Source of the DNA: Heterodontus francisci
Lineage: Eukaryota
Reading direction: 5' to 3'
Length of the DNA: 64,000 nucleotides
Assembly: GCF_036365525.1 (NCBI RefSeq)
Contig: NC_090396.1
Coordinates: 12,008,606-12,072,605 of the forward strand
Both the position numbers and the translations under genes were made by a program. Shown here piece by piece: positions 50,416-62,146 of the stretch (the stretch's first letter is position 1; each line of letters begins with the position of its first letter). The notes under the pieces were generated by a model. It did not search any database. It was not told where the DNA came from and was given only the letters and a program-made list of their open reading frames with translations.

Positions 50416-53400
50416 GTTGCCTCTAAACAGTCAGGGAGAGATAGAGGAGCAGATATGTAGGCAAATCTCAGAGAGGTGTAAAAATAGTAGGGTAATAATA
50501 GTAGGGGATTTCAACTTACCTAATATCAACTGGGATAGTGCAAAAGGCTTAAAGGGGATGGAATTCTTAAAGTGCATCCAGGAGAGCTTTTTGAGCCAGC
50601 ACGTAGAAAGTCCTACAAGAGAAGGGGCGGTACTGGACCTAATCTTAGGTAATGAAGCCGGATAAGTGGTAGAAGTGTCAGTGGGGGAACATTTCAGGGA
50701 TAGTGACCATAACTCTGTAAGATTTAAGGTAGTTTTGGAAAAGGACAAAGATGGACTGGAAATAAAGGTACTGAATTGGGGGAAGGCAGATTTCAACATG
50801 ATTAACAGGATCTGGCCAAAGTGGACTGGGAGCAGCTACTCGTAGGAAAATCTACATCAGACCAGTGGGAGCCATTCAAAAAGGAAATAGTGAGAGTTCA
50901 GGGCCAACATGTTCCCATAAAGGTGAAGGGTAGGACCAACAGGTCAGGGAACCCTGGATGTCAAGGGATCTACCCCAGAATACTGAGGGAGGCAAGGGAG
51001 GAAATTGCTGGGGCCTTGACAGAAATCTTTGTATCCTCATTGGCTACAGGTGAGGTCCCAGAGGACTGGAGAATAGCCAATGTTGTTCCTTTGTTTAAGA
51101 AGGGTACAAAGGATAATCCAGGAAATTATAGGCCGGTGAGTTTTACGTCAGTGGTGGGGAAATTATTGGAGAGGATTCTTCAGGACAGGATTTACTCCCA
51201 TTTGGAAACAAATGAACTTATTAGCGAGAGGCAGCATGGTTTTGTGAAGGGGAGGTCATGTCTCACTAACTTGATTGAGTTTTTTGAGGAAGTGAGGAAG
51301 ATGATTGATGAAGAAAGGGCAGTGGATGTTGTCTAAATGGACTTCAGTAAAGCCTTTGACAAGGTCCCTCATGGCAGACTGGTACAAAAGGTGAAGTCAC
51401 ACGGGATCAGAGGTGAGCTGGCAAGATGGATACAGAACTGGCTCAGTCATAGAAGACAGAGGGTATCAGTGGAAGGGTGCTTTTCTGAATGGAGGGCTGT
51501 GACTAGTGGTGTTCCGCAGGGATCAGTGCTGGGATCTTTGCTGTTTGCAGTATATATAAATGATTTGGAGGAAAATGTAGCTGGTCTGATTAGTAAGTTT
51601 GCGGACGACACAAAGGTTGGTGGAGTTGCGGATAGTGATGAGGATTGTCAGAGGATACAGCAGGATATAGATCGGTTGGAGACTCGGGCGGTGAAATGGC
51701 AGATGGAGTTTAATCCGGACAAATGTGAGGTAATGCATTTTGGAAGATCTAATACAGGTGGGAAGTATACAGTAAATGGCAGATCCCTTAGGAGTATTGA
51801 CGGGCAGAGAGATCTGGGCGTACAGGTCCACAGGTCACTGAAAATGGCAATGCAGGTGGATAAGGTAGTCAAGAAGTCATACGGCATGCTTGCCTTCATC
51901 GGTCGGGGCATAGAGTATAAAAATTGGCAAGTCATGCTGCAGCTGTACAGAACCTTAGTTCGGCCACACTTGGAATATTGCGTACAATTCTGGTCGCCAC
52001 ACTACCAGAAGGGTGTGGAGGCTTTGGAGAGGGTACAGAAGAGGTTTACCAGGATGTTGCCTGGTCTGGAGGGTATTAGCTATGAGGAGAAGTCGGATAA
52101 ATTCAGATTGTTTTCACTGGAACGACGGAGGTCGAGGGGCGACATGATAGAGGTTTACAAAGTTACGAGTGGCATGGACAGAGTGGATAGTCAGGAGCTT
52201 TTTCCCAGGGTGGAAGAATCAGTTACTGGGGGTTACTAGGTTTAAGGTGCGAGGGGCAAAGTTTAGAGGGGATGTGCGAGGGTGGTGAGTGCCTGGAACT
52301 TGCTGCCGGGGGAGGTGGTGGAAGCAGGTACGATAGCGACGTTTAAGAGGTGTCTTGACAAATACATGAACAGGAAGGGAATAGAGGGATACGGACCCCG
52401 GAAGTGCAAAAGGTTTTAGTTTAGACAGGCATCAAGATCGGCGCAGGCTTGGTGGGCCGAATGGCCTGTTCCTGTGCTGTACTGTTCTTTGTTATTTGAT
52501 TGGATCAGGAAAAATAAAGGAGGCAAATTCAGAGCGCTGAAAACAGCGGAGGCTCTAGAGGAGTATAGAAAGTGTAGTGGGGTACTAAAAAAAGTAATTA
52601 GGAGAGCGAAGAGGGGGGCGTGAAAAAACACTGGTGGGCAAGAGAAAGGTAAATCCCATGGCGTTTTATAAGTATATTAAGGGTAAGAGGATAACCAGGG
52701 AAAGAGTAGGGCCCATTAGGGACCAAAGTGGCTTTCTATGTGTGGAGCCAGAGGACGTGGGTGAGGGTTTAAATGATTATTTCTCATTTCTGTTCACTAT
52801 AGAGAAGGACGATGTAGGTGTAGAGATTTTATTTATTTAGAGATACAGCACTGAAACAGGCTCTTCAGCCCACCGAGTCTGTGCTGACCAACAACCACCC
52901 ATTTATACTAATCCTACATTAATCCCATATTCCCTACCACATCCCCACCGTTCACCTACCACCTACCTACACTCGGGGCAATTTATAATGGCCAATTTAC
53001 CTATCAACCTGCAAGTCTTTGGCTGTGGGAGGAAACCGGAGCACCCGGCGGAAACCCACACAGTCACAGGGAGAACTTGCAAACTCCACACAGGCAGTAC
53101 CCAGAATTGAACTCAGGTCATTGGAGCTGTGAGGCTGCAGTGCTAACCACTGTGCCGCCAGGGAGGGGGATTGTGATATACTTGAACAAATTAGCATTGA
53201 AGGGAAAGAGGTATTTAGCGGTTTTAGTGGGCTTAAAAGTGGATAAATCCCCAGGCTGTTATGTGAGGCAAGGGAGGAAATTGCAGGGGCTCTGACACAA
53301 ATTTTCAATCCTTTCTGGCCACAGGAGAGGTCCCAGAGGACTGGAGGACAGCGAATGTGGTGCCATTATTCAAGAAGGGTAGCAGGGATAAACCAGATAA

Positions 53401-54781
53401 TTACAGGCCAGTGAGTCTAACGTCAGTGGTCGGGAAACTATTGGAAAAAATTCTGAGGGACAGGATTAATCTCCACTTGGAGAGGCAGGGATTAATCAGG
53501 GATAGTTAGCATGGCTTTGTCAGGGGGAGATCGTGACTAACAAATTTGATTGAATTTTTCGAGGAGGTGACTAGATGTGTAGATGAGGGTAAAGCAGTTG
53601 ATGTAGTCTACATGGACTTCAGTAAGGTGGGAGTTTTTGATAAGGTCCCGCATGGGAGATTGGTTAAGAAGGTAAGAGCCCATGGGATCCAGGGCAATTT
53701 GGCAAATTGGATCCAAAATTGGGTTAGTGGCAGGAGGCAGAGGGTGATGGTCAAGGGTTGTTTTTGTGAGTGGAAGCCTGTGACCAGTGGTGTAACGCAG
53801 GGATCGGTGCTGGGACCCTTGCTGTTTGTAGTGTACATTTAGACGTGAATATAGGAGGTATGATCAGTAAGTTCGCAGATGACACGAAAATTGGTATTGT
53901 CGTAAATAGTGAGGAGGAAAGCCTTAGATTACAGGATGATATAGATGGGCTGGTAAGATGGGCAGAGCAGTGGCAAATGGAATTTAATCCTGAGAAGTGT
54001 GAGATGATGCACTTTGGGAGGACTAACAAGGCAAGGGAATATACAGTGGATGGTAGGACCCAAGGAAGTACAGAGGGTCATAGTGACCTTGGTGTACTTG
54101 TCCATAGATCACTGAAGGCAGCAGCACAGATAGATAAGGTGGTTAGGAAGGCATATGGGATACTTGCCTTTATTAGCCGAGGCATAGAATATAAGAGCAG
54201 GGAGGTTATGATGGAGCTGTATAAAATGCTAGTTAGGCCATAGCTGGAGTACTGTGTACAGTTCTGGGCACCACACTATAGGAAGGATGTGATTGCACTG
54301 GAGAGGGTTCAGAGGAGATTCACCAGGATGTTGCCTGGGCTGGAGCATTTCAGCTATGAAGAGAGATGGGATAGTCTAGGGTTGTTTTGCTTAGAGTGGA
54401 GAAGGCTGAGGGGGGACCTGATTGAGGTATACAAATTATGAGGGGCATTGATAGATTAGATAGGAAGAAACATTTTCCCTTAGCAGAGGGGTCAATAACC
54501 AGGGGGCATAGATTTAAGGTAAGGGGCAGGAGGTTTAGAGGGGATTTGAGGAAAAATCTTTTCACCCAGAGTGTGGTTGGAATCTGGAACACACTGCCTG
54601 AAGGGGTGGTAGAGGCAGGAACCCTCACAATACTTAAGAAGTATTTAGATGAGCACTTGAAACACCATAGAATACACGGCTATGGGCCAAGTGCTGGAAA
54701 ATGGAATTGGAATAGATAGATGCTTGATGGCTGGCATGGACACGATGGGCTGAAGGGCCTGTTTATGTGCTGTAAAACTCT
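50416..54781 (+). mobile_element. CR1 (endonuclease to 3' UTR) with a nested young CR1 (~50965-52497) and a SINE
   Basis: VGDFNLPNINW endonuclease motif; RT ORFs 51337-52239 and 53546-54719; two separate tails. Confidence 0.9.
52827..53159 (-). mobile_element. tRNA-derived V-SINE (HE1-like)
   Basis: Reverse complement of the 2739-3097 family. Confidence 0.88.
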
Positions 54782-54945
54782 ATTAATATGGGGTTATTTA
54801 ATATTGAAGTTAATTAAAATGGGGCTAAATTATATTAGTTAATTAATTTGGAGTTAATTAATATTGGAGATTATTTCATTTTGCTGAGTTATAATTTCAC
54901 TTGCTCCCAGGTTTCCCAGTGGTCCCCTCTCTGACACGCTGTTAC

Positions 54946-55159
54946 CTCCAGCCCATGCTGTAGACATGCTGAATGTTGGCTCTTTGCCATTATTCCTGAT
55001 GCCGGTCACTTGGGCCTGTCTCTCGGGTCCGGCCTCTTCCTTCGCTGCCTCCACCGCTGTCAAGTAACGGCCGTTCAGTATGAAGTCCTTGGCCTCGGTC
55101 AGGTAGAAGACGGAGCCCAGTTCATTCCGCCAGAACCCGGTCATGTTACAGCTGCCCGC
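54946..55159 (-). CDS. AVD: Avidin-like protein, exon 2 (214 nt)
   Basis: ttttcttttccAG acceptor and GAG|GTAACA donor; AGSCNMTGFWRNELGSVFYL...GRYLTAV...EPTFSMSTAWAG matches avidin CSLTGKWTNDLGS...GTYITAV...QPTFGFTVNW. Confidence 0.93.
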
Positions 55160-55609
55160 CTGGAAAAGAAAACAAGCCAAGGAGAGGAATGGGCACAGAC
55201 AGCAAATACCCACAGTGGGTAAACACCAACAAGGGAAATAGCAGCAGGGGGTAAACACCTAAAGGGGGCAATTATCAACAGAGGACAAAAACTGACAGGG
55301 AGCAAACATTGACCAAGGTTCGACTACAGTGCAAACTGTGCACTGTGAACCATGAGCCAAATTTCCTTTCAGGTCAAGTACTGAGATTGATAGAAACGGT
55401 TCACTCTCGAGCCTCTTCCTAAACTCCAACCCTCGCATAACCCCTTCCCCAATGACAGGGACAAATATCAACAAGGGTGAAACCCCAACAGAGATAAACA
55501 ATGCCAGAGGGTAAACACTGAAGGGGGTAAACAATGATGGGGCATATACCCAGAAGGAGCAAACACCAACTGGGGAAACAGCAACAGAGGAACTAAAATG
55601 GGGACTTAC

Positions 55610-55672
55610 CAAGATGCCAGGGGCAAGAAAAGCCAACAGGAAGAGAGAGAGTGCAGAGATCTGTCTCTCCAT
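55610..55672 (-). CDS. AVD: Avidin-like protein, exon 1 (signal peptide)
   Basis: acaATGg start context; MERQISALSLFLLAFLAPGIL hydrophobic leader; TTG|GTAAGT donor in phase 0, matching exon 2. Confidence 0.85.
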
Positions 55673-55708
55673 TGTGAATGCTCGGTGTAACTGCTCCAAA
55701 GTTCAGCT

Positions 55709-55715
55709 CTTTATG
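55709..55715 (-). promoter_or_regulatory. Putative TATA-like box of the avidin gene
   Basis: CATAAAG about 40 nt upstream of the ATG. Confidence 0.4.
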
Positions 55716-56513
55716 GAGAATCTGCTGCGTATTCAGAATCAATGCTGGCAGCAAACCAATTCAAATCACATCTGCTGACTTGCAGTTTTGCTGCTTAGCT
55801 CATTGGAAAATATCCACATTTCAGGCTGAGTTTAAATTATGAAATATTTTGTCTTTGAGTATGAGACCTTGAGGAGAACTTCAATATCTCGCTGGTCTTT
55901 AATTAAAAATATTTATAGCACAGCATTTAACATAAAAAATACAGTCACAAAGCTCACTGATTTTCCACTCTCAATCCCCCCCAGACTCTGATCCCTCTGC
56001 ACTCACATGCTCCTCCCCTGACTCTCAATTACCTCCCTACCCGCACCGCCCCCCCTTTTCTCACTTACCTGAGGGCTGCTATTAGTGTCGCAGCTGCCTG
56101 ATGTTAAATTACATTTCCATTGTTTTATTTGTCTTTTATGTTGCTGTATTTTCCCCATCTCCCAACACAGAAAGAGGCCAAAATTGTGCCGTTGTTTGTC
56201 ACTACCTGAAATTCCCTCAACAACAGCAACTTGCATTTACATCATGCCTTTAGTCATAGAGTCATTACAGCACAGAATAAGGCTATTCGGCCCATCAAGT
56301 CTATGCTGGCTCTCTGTAGAGCAATCCAGTCAGTTCCATTCCTCCACTCTATCCCTCTAGCCCAACAATAACATAGATTTATACAGCGCCTTTAACAGAA
56401 TAAAACAGCTCCAGGTGCCTCACAGGAGCATTATAAAACAAACTATGACACCCATCCACATAAGGAGATATTAGGTGTGATGACAAAAGCTTAGCTGAAG
56501 AGATAGCTTTTAC

Positions 56514-56860
56514 GGACGGCACAGTGGCGCAGTGGTTAGCACCACAGCCTCACAGCTCCAGTGACCCGGGTTCGATTCTGGGTCCTGCCTGTGTGGAGTT
56601 TGCAAGTTCTCCCTGTGTCTGCGTGGGTTTCCTCTGGGTGCTCCGGTTTCCTCCCACATGCCAAAGACTTGTGGGTTGATAGGTTAATTGGCCATTATAA
56701 ATTGCCCCTAGTATAGGTAGGTGGTAGGGGAATATAGGAACAGGTGGGGATGTGGTAGGAATATGGGATTAGTGTAGGATTAGTATAAATGGGTGGTTGA
56801 TGGTCGGCAGAGACTCGGTGGGCCAAAGGACCTGTTTCAGTGCTGTATCTCTAAAACTAA
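56514..56860 (+). mobile_element. tRNA-derived V-SINE (HE1-like), nested in an old L2-like fragment
   Basis: Same family as 2739-3097. Confidence 0.88.
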
Positions 56861-57552
56861 GGAGTGTCTTAAAGGATGAAAGTGAGGTGGAGAGGTTTAG
56901 GGAGGAAATTCCAGAGCTTGGGGTCAAAGCAACTGAAGGCATGGCCACCAAGGGTGGAGCAATTAAAATCAGGGATGCTCAAGAGGCCAGAATTCGAGGA
57001 GTGCAGAGATTGTGGAGGGTGTGGGTCTGGAGGAGATTCCAGAGATTGGGAGGGACATGACCCTGGAGGGATTTGAAAACAAGGATGAGAATTTTAAAAT
57101 TGACCGGTAGCCAATGTAGCTCAGGGGTGATAGGCAATGGGACTTGGTATGAATCAAGACATAGGCAGCAGAGTTTTGGATGACCACAAGTTTACAGGGA
57201 GTAGAATATGGGAGACCAGCCAGGAGTACATTGCCCTGTAAGTTGACAGGGTGAATGTGGAAAGAATGTTTCCCCTTGTGGGAGAATCTAGAACTAGAGG
57301 TCACTGTTTAAAAATAAGGGGTCGCCCATTTAAGACAGAGGTGGGGAGAAATTTTTTTCTCTCAGTGGGTTGAGAATCTTTGGAATTCTCTTCCTCAAAA
57401 GACATTAGAAGCAGAGTCTTTGAATACTTTTAAGGCAGAGGTAGATAGATTCTTGATAAGCAAGGGGGTGAAAGGTTATCGGAGGTAGGCAGGAATGTGA
57501 AGTTGAGGTTAAAAATGGCAAAGCAGGCTTGAGGGGCCGAGCGGCCTACTCC

Positions 57553-58169
57553 TGTGAGAATAAGAAATACTGTAATGTTGTTTCTACAGCTTGTGGAAAG
57601 TTACCAAGAAGTCATTTGTGCACAACATAATGAAATCACTGAAAAAGAGAACTGATAAGGATATGTCAGTGGAGACCTTAAGACAGTACATCACTGACAA
57701 AGAATTGATCAGGGTATGTAAGTGGAGACCTTGGGACAGTACATCACTTAAAAATTGTGCTTAGGCAGATAACAGAGAAACAGCAAGAGTTAGAACAACG
57801 GATGTAGTGAATAAGAAACTGCCCCACTAAGATAAAGGCTGACAGCTGCAAGTTAAAACACATAATGGAGAGCCAAATAAGGTAAAACAAAAACAAGAGT
57901 TAGGGGCTAGAAAGTTGGAGTAGGGGGAGAAGTAAACAGAGGAGGAGACTGTAGCAACCATAGGATAGGTTAGTGTCATAATACGTTATAACCAATAATG
58001 TAAAATAAAGGCGTGGACAAATGGATTTGTATTGTATAAACATGAACTGAATATGTTGATCGATGTGCCTGCTTGTTGGACACCCGATCTTGCAAGACCG
58101 TTAAATAAACTTACTTCTTCAGAGTTTGACTTGGTGTAAATTATTATTAAGTGGGCTACGTTTCTCACA
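57553..58169 (+). repeat. ERV 5' LTR (617 bp)
   Basis: Direct repeat of 62164-62831; two ~55-bp U3 repeats. Confidence 0.95.
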
Positions 58170-58171
58170 AT

Positions 58172-58189
58172 TGGGGGCTCATCCGGGAT
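58172..58189 (+). promoter_or_regulatory. Primer binding site for tRNA-Pro
   Basis: TGGGGGCTCATCCGGGAT, one mismatch to the MLV-type PBS TGGGGGCTCGTCCGGGAT. Confidence 0.92.
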
Positions 58190-58492
58190 CTCTTCATCAT
58201 TGACGGGACCGCGGCCGACGACAGACGAGAAGACGCGTCCCGTTAATTTAAAAACGGTCTCGTTTCTCTCGTTGGTAGCGGACCCGAGTAATCGACTGAA
58301 AATGATCCTAGGGAAGTCACTCTGAACGAGTATTTAGTGCGGCAGGTACACACGTGAAGTCAGGCAACTCAGTGCACGGACCAAGGTAAGAAAAACGACT
58401 TTTAAGTATTATCTTGGTGACTTATGGTTAACTGTAGGATGAGACCTTCTAAGTACCAAAAGTCCTTGAGGAGTGAATTTTACAGTCCTGCA

Positions 58493-58658
58493 GTATAAGA
58501 CCCTTCAGCTAGGAGGTGAGTACTGTAGGGTATAAGACCCTTCAGTTAGGAGGTGAATACCGTAAGGTATAAGACCCTTCAGCTAGGAGGTGAATACTGT
58601 AAGGTATAAGACCCTTCAGCTAGGAGGTGAATACCGTAGGGTACAAGACCCTTCAGTT
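58493..58658 (+). repeat. 37-bp tandem repeat (about 4.5 copies) in the ERV leader
   Basis: GTATAAGACCCTTCAGCTAGGAGGTGAATACTGTAAG-like units starting at 58493, 58530, 58567, 58604 and 58641. Confidence 0.93.
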
Positions 58659-58662
58659 AACC

Positions 58663-59153
58663 ATGGGAAATAAATCGTCTAAAAAGGAAGACGATGGGAG
58701 ACAAGGAAAGTCTGCCGGCAACATCCCTCCAGAAAGTCCATTGGGACGGATGTTGGAGTATTGGGATTTAGAGTCAAAAACCAAGGAGAAAAAGACCCAA
58801 ATATGATCTAAGGACAGCAAGAAGGACCACCCCTAAACCCGACGATAACGATGACGATAGAGACAGAGAGTCTCCTAAGACAATGATGCCGTTGAGAGAG
58901 GTACCAATAGGAAATAATGAAATTGGATTTGTTAGTGCACCATTAACGTCAGGAGAGGTAAGAGTGTTTAAAAAGGAAATGAAAGTCCTCGTAGGAGACC
59001 CCTGAAAATTTGGGAAAGAGAAAACCCTCCCGGGGTAGGGGGAAACGAACCAGCTGAACAGAAATACCCTAATAAAGACCCGCAGTGGCAGAACAATAAT
59101 ATCGGCCATAGGGGCCAGATGAAAGACCTTAGAAATCTGATAGTAAAAGGCAT
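58663..59153 (+). pseudogene. gag: Internally deleted gag (matrix start and capsid fragments)
   Basis: MGNKSS myristoylation motif and IPPESPLGRMLEYW, then a stop; PLREVPIG...FVSAPLTSGEVRVFKKEMK and LRNLIVKGI capsid pieces. Confidence 0.8.
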
Positions 59154-59831
59154 TGTTGTAAACAAGTAGTTGAAGCCCCTGCAAAACTTATGCCTTTACA
59201 GAGTTACCGCAGGCCCCTCTTATGGCACAAGCAGGCGACATATTGAGTGCGACCCCTCTGGGTGTTGAAGGCTGTTTCTAGACAAATATAGACCATTAAA
59301 GGCACCTAGGTGGGATCAAGGGAATGATTTTTAAAAATGTTTTGAAGAATCAAAGGGGGGACTGTGAACAGAATTTAGATTTTAGAATTTTTAAGAACAG
59401 AATTACATGGGAACATTTAAGATAAAACAATTAATCAGTCATGTATTGCTAACAAGCTAGCTGACTTCATAACTTCAGGGCTGCAGAGGCAACTTGGCCT
59501 TGCAGCTGGTACAGCGAGAGAGAGAGAGAGAGACATTGTACTTCAACAGCACTCTTCTTATCACCCAGACATGACAAAGTTAGAATGAAAAACATACCGA
59601 CCAGGCTAATACACGCCCCCTTGTTAGAGGATGGCTCAGCCTACCCTTCTGATTCAGCAGTTGCTGAGTTTTTTTATATTTGCTTTTAGGCATGGTACAA
59701 TGCTTAATGGGAAATATAGCAAAGTTAGGAATAGTAGCTTTGCTGAGCTTTGATTCTAAGTGGCAGAAACCACAATGAAATAGCTAGAAGGGATGGCCAG
59801 AGTGTGTGCAAGCTGTGGCAACCACAGCACT

Positions 59832-60485
59832 TCAGACCAAGGAAGTCATTTTACCTTGAAGCTATTACAAGAAATAGTTAGGGGATTGGGAATCCAATGG
59901 GACTTCCATACCCCTTGGCACCCTCCCTCTTCAGGGCGGGTGGAAAGAATGAATCAGGCCTTAAAGAAACACCTGTCCAAACTGATACTTGAAACAAGGT
60001 TACCCTGGACAAAATGTTTACCTATAGCGATACTCAGAATTCGGACAGCCCCTAGAAAAGATGTGGGACTGTCCCCCTATGAAATGCTATTCGGATTACC
60101 CTATATGGGAACCAGGGGCGAGATGCCAACCTTAGAAACTAAAGATTCGTTTCTAAAGAACTATATACTGGCGTTGTCTTCCTCATTGTCATTCCTCAGG
60201 AAGCAAGGCCTGTTAGCACAGACCCCACCTCTCGAATTTGCAGTGCACAAGATCCAACCAGGAGATTGGGTTCTGGTGAAATCATGGAAAGAGACTAAAC
60301 TACAACTGAACTGGGAAAGACCATACCAGACTCTCCTAACCACTGAAACAGCCATAAGAACGGCAGAAAGAGGTTGGACCCACTACACAAGAATCAAGGG
60401 GCCGGTACAACCCCCGGCCGAGGAAGGAACTTGGACAACCGAATTAACAGAAGAACCATTGAAAATAAAGCTAAAAAGGCTATGA
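59832..60485 (+). pseudogene. pol: C-terminal half of integrase (protease, RT and RNase H absent)
   Basis: SDQGSHFT...HTPWHPPSSGRVERMNQALK...GLSPYEMLFG...IQPGDWVLVK; the zinc finger and first catalytic Asp are missing. Confidence 0.9.
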
Positions 60486-60545
60486 GTAACGAACTTTTTT
60501 TTTAATATAGCGGCGCGAGCGCGGAAATACTGTCTGTAATATTGT

Positions 60546-62144
60546 GTGCCTTCGCTCTTTCTTTTCAAAAGTAGCCAGGAAATAAAATGGGTTGGATGTT
60601 TTTATATTACCCACTTCCAATTAGACAACAAGGTGTTTGGAGTAACAGTTAGAGAAGGGAAAAAGAAAGGTGAATTAAAATGTTGTTTTCAGGTAACAAT
60701 AGATAAGATTGGTAAACCATCTAACAAACTAAAAGGGACCTCTCATAACGATCCTAACATAGTAAAAATAATAGAGGTAAAGGACCTGAGAAAGACAATT
60801 GAGATAGAAACCGGTTACGGGGACACAAATGCCTGGGTAGAATGGATAAAATATACTGTAAAAAGTTTGAACAAAAACAATTGCTATGCTTGTGCATCTG
60901 GTAGACCGATAGCTCAAGTAGTACCTTTCCCGCTGGGGTGGGAGCGTGACCGAAAGGGCATGGAATGCATGTTAGCCCTATATCAGGATAAGACGGCTTG
61001 GGGTATTCAAACTTGCATATCCTTGTCAATAATGTTCCCTCCCCTAGAGAAAGAAGATTCAAGGACTCCCCCTTCATTTTTAGCCACCAGTGTGAATCAC
61101 ACATCATGCGTAAGTCGACACGGTGCGGAGCTAACCAGAAATATGGGAGAGTTGAAGTCATGCATAGAGACTGAGGACGTAACTGGAAGAGTCAGGGGAG
61201 GGAACTACTCATCATTGAATGTCCCCAGAGCGGATTTATGGTGGTATTGCGGAGGAAAAATCCTGAGACAGACCCTACCCTCCCAGTGGAAGGGGACGTG
61301 CGCAATTGTTCAATTGGCAATACCATTCACCTTGGCATTTGAGAAACAAAAGATAATAACGAGGGAAAGGGGTAAAAGGGAAGCGATAGCGAACTCTTTT
61401 GACGACCAGGATTCCATAGGGGTCCCAAGAGGGGTACCTGATGAATTCAAGGCCCGAAACCAAATAACCGCCGGTTTCGAGTCTTTGTTTTGGTGGGTCA
61501 CTATTAACAAAAATGTAGATTGGATAAATTATATTTATTACAACCAACAAAGATTTATAAATTATACTAGAGATGCGGTAAAAGGTATAGCTGAACAATT
61601 AGATGCCACTAGTAGAATGGCTTGGGAAAATCGACTGGCTCTAGATATGATCTTAGCAGAAAAAGGAGGCGTGTGTATAATGTTAGGAGGGAAATGTTGC
61701 ACATTTATCCCAAATAACACAGCACCCGATGGTTCAATCACCCGAGCACTGCAAGGGTTAACAACTTTAGCAGAAGAGATGGCTGAAAATTCAGGAGCAG
61801 ACACTTCCCTGATGGGGTGGCTTGAATCCTGGTTTGGAAAATGGAAAGGCATCATAATCTCGGTTTTTACCTCCCTGATCATGGTTGTCAGAATACTAAT
61901 AGCCATCGGGTGTTGTATTATTCCTTGTGTAAGAGGGCTGACACAGCGATTGATTGAGACAGCTTTGACGAAGCAGATGTCAATACAAAGAGGCCAGGAA
62001 GAGAGTATATACCTGTTAGGTAATGACAAAGTGGATAGTATCAACGGAAATACAGACATTGAAAAGGCGGCTGAAATAATGCTCAGAGGATTTGAGAGGA
62101 CATATGAGAACCCTCCGCAGTATGTAGAAAACAACAAGGATTAA
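60546..62144 (+). CDS. env: Retroviral envelope open frame (gamma-type; no evident signal peptide, first ATG at 60960)
   Basis: CYAC CxxC, furin site RGKR, GVPRGVPDEFKARNQ...WINYIYYNQQRF, ISD WENRLALDMILAEKGGVC, CX6CC, TM helix, cytoplasmic tail. Confidence 0.85.
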   Translation: MPSLFLFKSSQEIKWVGCFYITHFQLDNKVFGVTVREGKKKGELKCCFQVTIDKIGKPSNKLKGTSHNDPNIVKIIEVKDLRKTIEIETGYGDTNAWVEWIKYTVKSLNKNNCYACASGRPIAQVVPFPLGWERDRKGMECMLALYQDKTAWGIQTCISLSIMFPPLEKEDSRTPPSFLATSVNHTSCVSRHGAELTRNMGELKSCIETEDVTGRVRGGNYSSLNVPRADLWWYCGGKILRQTLPSQWKGTCAIVQLAIPFTLAFEKQKIITRERGKREAIANSFDDQDSIGVPRGVPDEFKARNQITAGFESLFWWVTINKNVDWINYIYYNQQRFINYTRDAVKGIAEQLDATSRMAWENRLALDMILAEKGGVCIMLGGKCCTFIPNNTAPDGSITRALQGLTTLAEEMAENSGADTSLMGWLESWFGKWKGIIISVFTSLIMVVRILIAIGCCIIPCVRGLTQRLIETALTKQMSIQRGQEESIYLLGNDKVDSINGNTDIEKAAEIMLRGFERTYENPPQYVENNKD

Positions 62145-62146
62145 GT

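Noticed and set aside
54854-55699. ORFs 54854-55258 and 55259-55699 as standalone proteins
   Set aside because: Each is intron read-through around a real avidin exon; splice sites delimit the homologous part.
59793-60485. Functional integrase gene
   Set aside because: The ATG comes from the foreign upstream segment, and the zinc finger and first catalytic Asp are missing.
60546-62144. Domesticated syncytin-like gene
   Set aside because: No signal peptide or ATG before the CxxC motif, and near-identical LTRs mean youth alone explains the open frame. Kept only as a hypothesis.
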